Positions 53,501-64,000 of a DNA stretch of 64,000 nt are shown in pieces. The notes beneath the pieces were generated by a model that ran no database searches, had not been told where the DNA came from, and saw nothing but the letters and a program-made list of their open reading frames with translations. The stretch comes from Phoronis australis (taxonomy: Eukaryota > Animalia > Phoronida): NCBI GenBank assembly GCA_002633005.1, contig NMRA01000680.1:135913-199912 (forward strand). The letters run 5' to 3'. The position numbers and the translations under genes were made by a program. Positions within the stretch are counted from its first letter, which is position 1. Each line of letters begins with the position of its first letter.

Positions 53501-56500
53501 ATTGATTACAAATTCTTATAATTGGGTATGTTTTCACGCAATCCAGACTTTATAGCGTAGTTTTGATTTATTACATACACTCACAATGTTGTGTTGCTAT
53601 TGAATTTTCAATTTTTTAGGTTGACCGAGTCAAAAGGGCGGCGATTAGGCTACGGGTTGCAACATTTGAAGGCGACTTATTTTGAAAATTGAGTTTCTAA
53701 TATAAAGTTTTCAATGAAGTTGATTATAATTGCTTTGAACGAAAAGATCAAGCTGATATGTGTTGTAAAGTTTCCAAGTATTTTGCACCAAATTAAACGG
53801 CCTATTGTCGCCTATACCAATAGGGGAAACACACACACTCGACAGCTACCCGTATTCAAATCGCGTAGCATTCGCACCTGCAGCTTCAAAAAGACATGAA
53901 TGCAAAGTTCCTAACATTAAAGTTTTTGTATCAAGCAAATTAATCTTTATAATAAACATTGTGAAATTGCTGATAACAATTCAACCGAATTTGTTTTTCC
54001 GACCGTTTCGACGGCCCCAGTCACACTCCCGGGGATTCCCATACATACGGGCCCGTATTAAAATATGTGCTAAGTAATTGAATAACAAATTTTAAAGGTA
54101 CTGATTTTGATCAATTTTAATATTAACTGATATGAAATGAAAAATTAATGTGTTTCCTTGATTTTCCACGTATTTTGCACTAAGTTAAATGGCCAGTCAT
54201 CGCTGATTCTAATACTGTGGAGACACGGTGACAGCCAAATTCGTGGTAACGATGACGTCATAGACTTCCATTGGCGCGAGCGCCGTCTCAATTTTTTTGG
54301 CGCTAAATGGTTTTCGTGATGGGGCTACTGTATTGTCGAAGGCCTACTTCATTAACGACTGGGGTATGCTATGACACAGTATTTTGATGTTTTTCATCAA
54401 TAAATGTATTTTAGATGTAAAAATAGTCATTTTGGCAACATACTTGGCCTTTAACTTCAGCTGTTAAAGGTCAAGTGTGTTGCCAAAATGACTGGGAGTA
54501 CGTGCAGTTGCGACACCAATTTGTCAATCATAACCTTGTCACCTTCTCAGGATTCCGGCATTACTTGGTTGGCCTGTGTTTGGTTGTTTTAGTGTATTGC
54601 AGACGATAAAATGTAAGGCGTACTTAGCACTGCTTTGTGATTGGCCCATGTAATACAAACATAACGTATTCGGTGTTATTACCCAGTCGTGTCGTCACAC
54701 ATACCCGGTCATGTGAGAATAGGTATTTACGAGGTGTTTTTGGAAGCTACATGTTATTATATGTTCCAAGAGCGCACTATTGGTGGTTGAGGCAACTGGG
54801 GACAAGCAAAAAGGACCAAGGGCAGTTCGTGTAAAACTTCGAAAGCAAAAAGTACGGAGAGGCAAAATTTTTTTATTTTACATAAGGAACAGGTTAGGAA
54901 TGACTGAAAAAATTATTATCAAGTCAGTTTTTGGAGAGGTGCAATATGGCTGTTACAGCGTCCCAAATTTGGCCGAAAATGGCTTCAGTAAAAACCTTCA
55001 AAATAGCCGTTTTTGCCATACAAACCAAATAATACAAAGTTAAAAATGAATGTTGAAAGTAGTGCCGTTAAATTGTTCAATCAACGTCCTTTTAAACCGT
55101 GTCACTAATTTGTTATCAGCTTACTACACATGCTTGTAAAATCCTTTCAAATACGTTTACTTCGACACCCAATTTTGTTGTAAAATGGAGATATAGGTCA
55201 TAAAAAGAGATATAATGAAGGAAAGGCCTTAAAAAGCGAGATTTTTCTACATCCCACCCAACCAAACTCGTGTACTAAGTCTAAAAAAGTCTGTGATTTT
55301 GGGTATAGACTCTACTTGTTAGTTTTTATACCGAGTCATTTTTAAATAATTGGATGACATATTTTCACGGGGGAAAGTGAAGAAGTATTTGTAATGGAAA
55401 TTCTTTGGAGAACAGCAACGATGTTTTTTCTTGGTTAGATTCGTTCGCGACCCGGGATTTTCGCGAAATTGCTTTTGTAGACTTGGCATTAAGCTAACCA
55501 TTGCGCTTTGTGAGGTATGCCAAATCCTATGTTAAAAGTACATAGAACTCCATAGTTTTCGCTACGAGGTTTCTTTTCCTTTACCTGTGTAAGTATTCCG
55601 TCATTTAGCCCAACCTGTTTGTCGTGAAGTCCAGTCTTACTTGATCTTATTCTTTTGGATACGGCTGACACTTCGACGAAAGTAGCATTTATTTCATTCA
55701 CAAGGTAAAACAACTCGTCGCCTGGGTTCATCCAGTAGGGTTTTTGACCTGCATGGAAATGATGAAAAAAATCAATGTCGCCATTTGAAAACTCGATTTT
55801 GCGAAACTACCTAAATGCTCATCTCGCAAATTACTTCACCCAAAAACATTATTTGTGGTACTAAATTAGGACACAAACTAGACGTTTCTTTCATAGCGAT
55901 TGAACCTGGTTTCCATTTTCTATCCGTTAGTGTTGCAAAACAATCGTAGACAAACTAAAAGTACTTACCATTTAAAAAGAAACAATTTTCTTGTATTTGC
56001 TGTTTCGCTCCAATCAACAATGCAATTGACGTCTTAATACTGGAAGAACATACAACCAGACAACATATCGAATCGTTATTACAGGGTGTCACATTGAAGA
56101 ACGAAACTGTTGGCCACAGCTTTGAGTTCGACACGGGGCGCATTCCCATATCGGTATATTTTAACATTTGAAATTTCAATCTGGAACCATGATATTCAAA
56201 CTACTGTTGATTAACTTGCTTTACAGTTTCATAGACCCCTATTTCACAAAAATACCATTGGAAATATGACGTCACAAATTACATGGAATACCCTACACAC
56301 GGTTTGCTTTTTGAGCTTTTTATCGAAGTTTTAACCCAGAAATACATGAATTCTGGTAAAAAGTTGTTTTCCCGATCAATGCATTTTTCGAAAATTAACT
56401 TCTTTGTCTGTTTCTTCTTCGAAGCTCCCGTCGATGCAATTTAGATGTTCATTCAGTCCTCTGGGAAAATGAAGCTGTCAAGCTCAACAGCTTTTTTGGA

Positions 56501-59500
56501 GATCCAGTGAGCTGGGCGATGTCGGGGATGTCGAATTCGGGCAGTTCTGCAGTAAATGTTCAGGTGTCTGGAGGTGAGTGTCATACGGACTTCTTTTGCT
56601 GGTCTAGTTGTTATACATATATATTCTTCTTCAGTCCCTAGATTTAGGCATTCATTCCGGGCATTTCTCAATTGGCTTTGTAGGAAGTTCTTTGCTTCCC
56701 AATAAGATGATAATTTGCCTTAGAGAGTGTGGTTCTGCTTCCTCGTGGCCGCTGATACCGCAGTGGGAGGGAATCCATTGCAGCAAAACAGTGATTTTGC
56801 TGCTCGTAATGTGCAACCACTTTTGGCAAAAACGCATGCTCACGTGTTTACGGGAACTGTGTGTCACCAGTTACTTAGAAAGAAGTCTAATTAGGGGTAC
56901 ACGTATTCATAGTAGTTTTCTATTCTCAATTTATCCAGGAGTTAAAAGTTGGACACGTCTTCATTAGCACCACCTACTGGAAGAGGAAATAGGAGTACAT
57001 GTACGTGCATCAAATAGGAACTGGATCCAATCTACAAGTGATGATCATGTTAATGACAACTACAGACAGGAATAACGGTTCTTACTTGATTACTGCTCGA
57101 ATAATAGTTGAAATGGCCTCCTTGGGATTCACAGAAAGCTGTTGAACCATGGTTACGATGTCTTCAATTGCATCCAGAATCCGCTGAATTGCAAACGGCA
57201 ACGTCACGGTTACAGCATCCACGACACTCTGAAAAAGTTAAATACGCAGACGAAATTGTATAGACTTATGTCAAAAAACTACGTCGTAGTGCTCGACGCT
57301 TAGCATGACGGGAAGCTGCATATGGTGACTTGGCAAAATCCGTGTTAGCGAAAACGCACGCAATGGTTGTCGACAAAAACGCCATTACCTTTTCCGGTCT
57401 CAGAATATGCCGCATGGTTCTTCAATTTCTCCAGTAAAATAAGCACCATTCAACCTCTAATTCACTTCCTCCTCTACCAGCGACGCACGCAAACTATCGG
57501 AAGTGCGTTTCATGGTGCGATCTTGTCGATTTTTGCCGAGCAATTTCGATTTCATCCATTTAATTAAAAAGGTAATAAATCCAAGAAAATTGTTATTAAC
57601 TTAAAGTTCGGAAGCCACCACAAATTTTGAAAAGAATATGGGGAATAATTGTCTAATGCTGATACTCGCTGCGACGACTTCGTGGCGTCTTGGCATTTTT
57701 CCTGGTCGTCAAGCAGAATCTGAAATCTCATTGGCGGCTTACAGGTGGCCAAATTGAGCACTGCACGGTATATTGTTCTTGGTCCTACATTCAAAATGTG
57801 TTTTTCTGGTCTGCATTACATGCATTCGGAACGCCTGCAAACTTGCGTTCAATTCTAAAAAAGAATTTATGATTTAGACCACTTGCCGCATAAGTCTAGT
57901 CTCAACTACAGTAGCTCGTTAGTCAGGTGAGAACTGACTCTTATCATTCGTTGAGAGCATGCTGGACGCCTACAATGACTAGCAACTTGTAGAGTGACCA
58001 GTTTAACTACTGTAAGCAAAAATCTGATAACCGAATTCCATGGCTGTAAGTCGTCTATTCCATACTGTTTTGTGACGGAAGCCCGGTTTATAGCCGATTT
58101 CAAGGTCCCATGCATATTACCTTACGGTTGCAGGAGTGAAGACAAGGCGTACATCAATAATGCGCTGTTATCTTAAAATTGTTTCGTAATTGGCACATAG
58201 GTACACTTAAGGGACATTACTGGTTTTAGATCAAAAGATTTTGGTATCACTGTTAGATAGAAATACTTGTTGAAGTACTGTAAGTGGCTTTGACCAGATA
58301 AATAAAACATCAAAAAATTTTATCAAGTGTTCTTCGCTGCGGGCACCTGGGTTGCGTATATGTCAAAACAAACTATCGGGACTTGTTGAATTCGTCACAA
58401 GTTTTTAACATTTTTACTCCAGAAAACCGAATTTTAGAACAAATCTTGTTGCTGCGAAGCTGTAAGGAGCGAGCTGTTTTTGAAACGGCCGCCCACACTT
58501 CTTTGTTACAAAAAGTGGCGAAATTATGCTAGAAAATGAAGTTTATTTAATTGATTTCCTCTTAAGCGGCTGCAACGAACAAGGTGAGTGTCGGTTGACT
58601 ACTAGATCTTGCATACACCCTCGCCGGTCCGTTAGCTTTACATGTTGATGTAGCCTTAGTTTTTACGACGAAGTAACGGGCATAAGTCAACTATACCCGG
58701 GTATTCAACGGGCTGTGTGGAATTTCCCTGTCTAACGGAGCTCAACACTCAGTGGCACGATAGCCTTCATACAGCTGAAGTCGGTAGCTAACCAACCTTT
58801 CAAGTTTACAGGGATGAGTATTGGCTGGCAGGTGGTTGGCTGAAGTCCACATTGCCCACGACAGCGACACACCAGTGTAAATTGTTGATATGGACTGGTT
58901 GCACAGGCAAATTTTCGCCTGACGATGACGACGACTGGGTATCACTTTGTATTGCCTTGGCTTTAACAGGTATCCCTGTTGACTCGAAATTTCACACTAA
59001 AATTTTTTATTCCAACAATATGAAGAACGCCACTTGACTGCACGCTAACACAGGACAGTGACTTTGCGCCCACCAAATACGTCACGAGAAGCAGCGCTCC
59101 AAGCGGTAATTTTTTAGCTTCGTTAGAGAATATTTAAGTTTACTTTAGATGTTGAATTATTGGTGAAATTAAACAACAACTCATAGAAAACTATCCAAAT
59201 TTTATTCAGAATACAATACAGTTCCCTTTTAAAGCAATGTCATTGAAATACACTTAAAGCGTTTGTACTTAACGGGTAGGATTGTGGTCAGTGGCAAATC
59301 TTTCGGCTGCTTTTGGCGAATTAATAGGTTACGTTTATTGCATCTGCTAATTTCTACAAATTTCTTTTCTCGCCGAAAATGTCCCCATAAACAACATACT
59401 TACGTTTAATACTTACATTATAAAAGTCAACAATATCGCCCTTGACATCCTCAACAAAGTGCTTTACGCGGTAAATGACTTTCTTCACTGCTTCTATCCA

Positions 59501-61906
59501 AGGCAATTTGCCGTAATCACTTACGATCTTGGCAAACTTAATAATGTTCTCAACTATTTCTTTCAGTTTCCGAGGAAGTCCTTTGACGACATCAACGAGT
59601 TTACTGATTAGGCTGCGTAACCCTCCATCTAGAAGTACCAGCAAACAGCGTTAATTGTAATGCGACAGGGACACTGAAAACAAGACAAGACTACAGTCAA
59701 CGAGTTCTGAACACACCTGCATCCACGGTGCGGCAAGGGGAGAAAAAGCCACCACCTCGTAAAATGCCNACGTTATGTATTTGAAAGTCCAAAAATAGGT
59801 TGTTGTCTCGTTGAATATTGGATAAGTTTTTGCGATTTCCTTTAGTTCTGTATCCTTCGCAGTTGGTGTGGTGAACTTAGGCAAGCATTCGTCCAAAAGT
59901 GCACGTACTTACACATTCATTGGAGCTTTAAGACTGTTTCAGTGGCATTTACACAAGCATGTGATAAACTATTTACCCCCCAAACAACCATCCGAAATTT
60001 GTAGATAAGTGCATTATGATACATAGGACATGGACAAACATGTATTGCGTATATTAGTGATACTATTTCACGCAGTGTCCGTTACTGTTAACGAGAGACA
60101 GCAGACGACATGTTTGCGATTGTTTTGTCCGGGTCTCGCAAAAGTCATGTAGCGTCAGTTTTTCTCTTTAGTAGAAAAACAAAAAAGGTTATGTCACGAG
60201 GGAAATTACAATAGTACAGAGCGATAATGTGTCAATTTCTCCGTGTGTCAAACTATCGCAGGACATTTGGATGGTGTGGCGGAATGGGCCAGTCTCCAAG
60301 AGCGGGTCAGTTATTAAGACAGGGTACTGTTGGCTGTTGATTCACAAGTGTTGGATTGGAATTTTTTACAAGGCAAATTTTACAACTTTTATTTCACGGG
60401 TATGGGAAGAAGTATCCAGGTGACACATTGACATTGGAAATATGGGTTATATCTGGAACAGTATAATAGTAATACTAAACACATGAATACAAGCCCGCGC
60501 ACAAACGTACACAAACGCGTGCACACTAAGGAGCACGCGCACGTGTACGCGTGGACACGCACGCACACACACACCAACACAAACACACCTAAACATTCCT
60601 TTTATAATTGCAGAACAAACACTCAGATGATAAATGTTGCCGCACCTCAAGAGTATCGCTTGATGATTCCGCTAGGAAGAACTGACACGACAAAAATGAA
60701 GTTTTGTTAGGCTTGACAACACCATTTTAACAGACAATCGAAAGTTCATCAGTTCTATCATCAATATACCTGGAGTTGACATTTTGTGCTTAGACTTCTA
60801 CATGCATGGTGACACCACGAACATGATGAATTGCACTTTTATCGGCATAGAACTCGACACAACGTGCTTTTCCCAGAGGTAGAGTTTCGTCTCTGAGGAT
60901 CACGCCCAGACATGCTTACCTCGAGTTAGCACTTATCTTAATTTTCAAGTCGAGCAGACACACTGGACTTACCTTTAACAAATTCCATCACTTTTTGAAA
61001 TGCCTCGATAGTTTTGCTTATGGGGTCCACCACGTTGTCATGTAATTTGTCAAAAATAGTTGCCAGTTGTGAGATGTCATTGATGCCAAAATCCTGTAAA
61101 ATTTATGACGAAAGTGTGCCTTTGTTAATCGCTTGAATTTGGGTGCAAATGCAAATGTATTAAAATGAGTGTAGATAAGCTGTCACAAGGGAGTAACACA
61201 GCTTACCTTCAATATGTTTAGGTTGTAGCTTATATCACCACGGTAACACGCCTTGGCGCGGAAGATGTCGAATTCCCAATTCATGAATCCAACCAATCCC
61301 TGAACATATGCTTCGTTGTCGATATCAACCTCAAAAAATCCCGAAAGTGGCTCTAAAAATACAGTAACTATACCAGTGAGAATTCTGAGGAAAAAATCGT
61401 ATGGGTTCAACTCAGTTATTCGTATTAGCTCAGTTGTTGGTATAAATCTGTTTTAATTTCAACACAATTTAATGTGAATGATGGCGGGATGCAATTTTGC
61501 TGTATTTAGGACATTGCAGTCTGTCCGCCAGACGCGTTGCGTCCCATTGCAAGATATTGAGATCTTGTTAAAGTGCGTCTGGATTTTGAAGGGGTTTTTA
61601 GTCAATGCACATCTTTCGTAACGAGATATCTCTGATGTGTGAGTCCTGAAAGACATTTGTAAAGTTAACGCAGTTCCTGTTTCATGTACTGCACAGTATG
61701 GCTCCAAAGTCTGCTTTCTCTTACTTAGTTGCAGTCTCACGCCATTGCGTATGTTTAGACCAAAACTTGCGCCAATGGCTCTCGAGCCGATCTTTTTAGA
61801 CCATTCAACGCCCGGTAGGTAAACTTTGAAACTCAGTGCTTTAAACAGTCTTGCCAAAAACCGCCTTTTTCTACTCTTCATAAGAAGGGGGTAGGTGTAT
61901 GACTTC
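20565..61906 (-). CDS. Giant multidomain extracellular protein (M23/LECT2-like, PAN/apple, FN3/Ig-like repeats, GH16-like insert); 5' end not located
   Basis: Exons in transcript order: 61906-61725, 61352-61207, 61093-60973, 59628-59417, 57228-57086, 56039-55969, 55748-55585, 53181-53054, 52824-52653, 51641-50933, 50754-50483, 49945-49742, (48709-48701), 47063-46854, 45987-45845, 44426-44261, 43090-43020, 42361-42204, 41964-40810, 40362-40268, 37891-37358, 33861-33684, 33247-33063, 32276-31594, 30973-29556, 29348-26017, 25625-25496, 24709-24549, 24280-24164, 23900-23753, 23332-23187, 21013-20913, 20687-20565. All are GT-AG and phase-consistent, except a 1-nt deficit at the N at 51382. Confidence 0.85.
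21495..21660 (+). repeat. Dispersed repeat shared with 48215-48390
   Basis: cctaaaat.tagggggg?ctcgaatt...gtgga.cttt...gtggacttttgt..agttttctc.ga is present at both loci. Confidence 0.55.
26017..29348 (-). CDS. 3.3-kb exon of the giant gene: FN3/Ig-like repeats with a GH16-like insert
   Basis: 1124-aa ORF with repeated W..F.D.ESGI..Y.V.VG, L..G..YYVTV.A.N.AG and D.TPP motifs. Acceptor cattgtag at 29349, donor gtatgt at 26016. Confidence 0.9.
29556..30973 (-). CDS. Exon of the giant gene, FN3/Ig-like repeats
   Basis: 471-aa ORF (ASWHGHDDHSGIVSYQVAVG, YYVTVKSVNGAGL, SSDGVIVDAEPP); ttcag acceptor and gtaagc donor. Confidence 0.9.
31594..32276 (-). CDS. Exon of the giant gene, two FN3/Ig-like repeats
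   Basis: IDITPP...FKDLESDIAQY...KNGAG...SDGYAVDLSPP...FEDSESGVAQY...SDGVRVDTTAP; canonical splice sites. Confidence 0.88.
33303..33435. repeat. Purine-rich (GA) low-complexity tract
   Basis: gagagagacagggacagtgagagggaggagaagggg...; a similar tract lies at 43287-43357. Confidence 0.6.
34371..35240. mobile_element. Non-autonomous TIR element with candidate 8-bp TSD
   Basis: TIR gattgttctaaaaccccctcgacc / ggtcgagggggtttagaacaatc with subterminal cctcgaccc/cccacga repeats. Flanks tatgttag (34363-34370) and tatattag (35241-35248) match at 7/8. Confidence 0.75.
35636..37160. mobile_element. Helentron-associated (HINE-like) element with internal ~430-bp tandem repeats
   Basis: Terminal acaagag plus hairpin caacgc-gga-gcgttg; subterminal inverted repeats atgcgcccac (35660) / gtgggcgcat (37147); 3' hairpin cccacat-ataaac-atgtggg; about 3 copies of a unit containing gatacagaggtaaacgtaaa and aagatcctgcaa..ggtttagga.ataca. 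Confidence 0.65.
37358..37891 (-). CDS. Exon of the giant gene, FN3-like repeats
   Basis: GHWDGFEDKETGIWGYTWAAG...YFVTVQAINN...VIDTVKP...DHLSGVSRVDFGLG; 534 nt, phase 1 to phase 1. Confidence 0.85.
38813..40041 (+). mobile_element. Diverged second copy of the 4668-6312 element
   Basis: Collinear shared blocks (ttagatcga...ctcgataactgc; gcatgcgctcac.cggcct.ggtgccc; ggatatagaccgattaagacg...taaatcgggtggcatt), TTAA at both ends, internal CA/TA microsatellite at 39410-39497. Confidence 0.75.
40587..40748. mobile_element. Small hAT-like MITE
   Basis: TIR cagtgctgtagtg / cactacagcacta; flanks atattact / attttact (7/8 match, 8-bp TSD); internal gtaggcgc/gcgcctac motifs. Confidence 0.65.
40810..41964 (-). 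CDS. Exon of the giant gene containing a PAN/apple domain and the first FN3-like repeats
   Basis: LICAAECIKFETKCISFDYNPQSEQCLL fits the PAN C...C....C.SF.Y.....C.L pattern; also VVDFTPPEPG. Confidence 0.85.
46704..46790. repeat. (ACC/ACT)n degenerate trinucleotide repeat
   Basis: accactacactaccacaacac...accaccaccgctgccgccaccaccactacaact; intronic. Confidence 0.55.
47681..47748 (+). repeat. ~65-bp mini-TIR element, one of at least four copies
   Basis: catgggcggcgca...ctgaaaaa...agcccc...ggtgcaccgcccat. Further copies at 49489-49558 and 49559-49627 (tandem) and inverted at 17587-17644. Confidence 0.65.
49489..49627 (+). repeat. Tandem pair of the ~65-bp mini-TIR element
   Basis: Two adjacent copies, each starting tgggcggcgcagcactg and ending ggtgcac. 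Confidence 0.65.
50933..52824 (-). CDS. Two exons encoding a degenerate peptidase M23/LECT2-like domain and a polybasic tract
   Basis: HRCADGVFG...LKGIDVEAPRDGK|IVSPVVG...LGEGEVIGF...FIHL...YVDPTPFV parallels the LECT2 elements GCGQY...HQGVD...VYAPFTG...KGEKLG...HVH...DPTAYL. Confidence 0.7.
54425..54493. repeat. Near-perfect inverted repeat (31-bp arms, 7-nt loop)
   Basis: agtcattttggcaacatacttggcctttaac-ttcagct-gttaaaggtcaagtgtgttgccaaaatgact; 29/31 Watson-Crick pairs. Confidence 0.85.
56490..56840 (-). mobile_element. Degenerate non-LTR retrotransposon 3' fragment (RNase H plus C-terminal zinc-knuckle region)
   Basis: VLLQWIPSHCGISGHEEAE matches the RNase H motif W.PSH.GI.GNE.AD of I-group LINEs. 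In another frame QTPEHLLQNCP matches the end of the CCHC knuckle. Frameshifted and internally deleted. Confidence 0.75.
60497..60590. repeat. (CA/CG)n degenerate microsatellite
   Basis: gcgcacaaacgtacacaaacgcgtgcacac...cacgcacacacacaccaacacaaacacac. Confidence 0.6.
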
Positions 61907-64000
61907 CTAAAATACAAAACGGACAATAATTGTAAAGTTACTCCGCAATACGTTTTATGACCTTATACAATGTTCTATAAGTATTTGCAACTGTATCCGC
62001 TTTGTCAATTTTAGGACAAGTTCTTCGTGATGTTTAATAAAGAATTATAATTGTAGAATCCAGGTCCAAAACCCAGCTATTACGTAAAGTTAACCCAGTT
62101 ATTAGCTAATGAAATGTTGAAAAGTCCACTTACTTTAAAACGAAATCATCGGGCAGAGACCTACATGTAAGCATGACTTACATCAAAATAAATTCATTCG
62201 CATCAAGCAGCGTGGGTTATGTGATATTTAGAATGCTAATTAAATCGGATTTAGAGGGTCTTACATAACAAAAAATCTGATTGTGATTTGTACAGCTTTC
62301 TTTGTTTCATCTGAGGGGATTCCAGGGCTTCAAAGAGCTGGGACAAACGAAACGCAGAAATCACTTTCCATTTGCGAAAGAAACATGTTAACCGTTGAGT
62401 TGTTAGCATCTTTGACGAGGTTTATAGTAGCCTCAAATGTAATATTAAACCAGACCTTTCCAAAGAAAATACTTACGCAAAAACCATATTGAACTCGTCT
62501 GAGCTCACATTCCGTCGCATGGGGTGTTTTTCATAACGGTTGTGAGCTAACTCTCGCACAGTCTCGTAACGATCGTTCAGTGCCGTGTCCATGAGAACAG
62601 ATGCGCTCTAATAGGTGAAATATGTGTAACATTTTAGTTAAAGCTTACCTGTAAATATTTTTTATAAAAATAGAAGCAACATAAAACGACTCATTTACAC
62701 CCGTTTCATAAAACCAAAGGTAGTGATGTGATTTGTTTTGAAGCCAGATTCAACACTAATTACTTGACGTTAAAACTGTTAATCTCAAACTCCAGGTGCG
62801 TAGAAGAAATAATCCCAACCTATCCGAGAAGGTGGTTGCCCCAAAGTCGAGGCAGTTGAAAAGTCGAAGTCGTTAAGTCATCTCGTCGTATTCAAAACAC
62901 CTAGAAATAGCCCCACCTAGAAAATATTGACCACAAAAGTTTTTAAAGACGTGTTAATCACACTGGATTCGGTTTTATTTTATTTAAACTCATTCTTAGA
63001 TTAGTTTAGTCTCCAGTGCTGACGTGCAATTAATGCGTGGGCTATAACTGATATTTTCTAATTCACGGCAGAGTAATCTGCAGAGACTACAGACAATGAA
63101 AAATTAACATCCATATTAAAGCTTTAAAAGACCCTAGAAATCTCTCCAAAATTTCGGAACATCATACAGATGTACAAATAGCTCGTCCGCTTTACGTCAT
63201 GCTTTATTCTTTGTCTTCCAAAACTTCATTAGGAAGTGTTTTGAAAATGTTTGCAGGTTGGCCAATTGATGTTATTTAAATAAACGATCAATATGAATGT
63301 GTTGTGTCTTTTTTATGTAGAAAAACTATTGCTAAACATGTCACCTTCGCACGAATTAGAACAGAGCACAAAACATCAAAAATTTATCTAGGGAAATTCT
63401 TGCATGGCTTTGACAACGAGTAATAGGAGTTCAATCAACTTGATATTTCACGCATCAGTCCTGATGCGAATTCGGGCATCGAGGCCTGCGTAATGTTTAC
63501 TTCATTTTTATAGAAGATGCTTGTATCTGCTTCAATTGAACGCTAACCGGAAACAGAATCGGACATGACTGAAGTAGCGAAAACGCAACAGTGGAATGGT
63601 GAAGCGGTTTCTTATTTTTTGTGAAAGGATTACCCCACTTCCGGTTACTGGAGTTATGAATGCGCTATAATATGTACCTGCCCATCATCAATTAATTGAA
63701 GTGGTAACAAAGGAAATACAGTCTTAAAGCGATAATTTGTGTGAAACAAAACAAGCCTATAACTCAGTCACGACTTTAATCAAAGTGAAACAATCTTAAC
63801 ATCTGATCTATAAAGGCTCGAAAATGACAAATTTGCGAAAACTAACCGAACTTTAGACCTGAAATTGGTTATATAGACGATTAAATTTACTTTATGCCAA
63901 TTAAATTATAGCCCATATCAAAATTACCTCTTTACATGTGTACCAGCGCAAAGCGTTAATAGCCGATCGACGCCATGATGAATGACCTGCGTTTGGCTTG

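Noticed and set aside
61459-61724. 3' part of the 155-aa ORF 61459-61926
   Set aside because: Intron read-through after the gtaaga donor at 61724; the in-phase acceptor is at 61353.
62265-62460. Possible additional upstream exons of the giant gene
   Set aside because: Candidate frames could not be linked in phase to the exon at 61906 with confidence.

Overview
Eukaryotic, intron-rich, AT-rich genomic DNA, most likely from a marine invertebrate (inference from gene content and repeat types). I reconstructed three spliced coding units by hand from GT-AG signals and exon phases. (1) A + strand retinol-dehydrogenase-like SDR (5 exons, 3946-10923; N-terminal exon not found). (2) A - strand ZP-module single-pass membrane protein (8 phase-consistent exons, 18113-12687). 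(3) A very large - strand gene (about 33 exons, about 11.8 kb CDS or ~3,900 aa in the window, 61906-20565, 5' end not located). It encodes beta-sheet and helical regions, a degenerate M23/LECT2-like domain, a polybasic tract, a PAN/apple domain, many FN3/Ig-like repeats and a degenerate GH16-like insert. Unit 3 may splice into unit 2, giving a giant ZP-anchored protein with two apparently inactive microbial cell-wall enzyme folds. Introns carry non-autonomous DNA transposons, a Helentron-like element with a CTCF-like motif array, a LINE RNase H fragment and microsatellites. All domain calls come from motif recognition by eye, not from searches.
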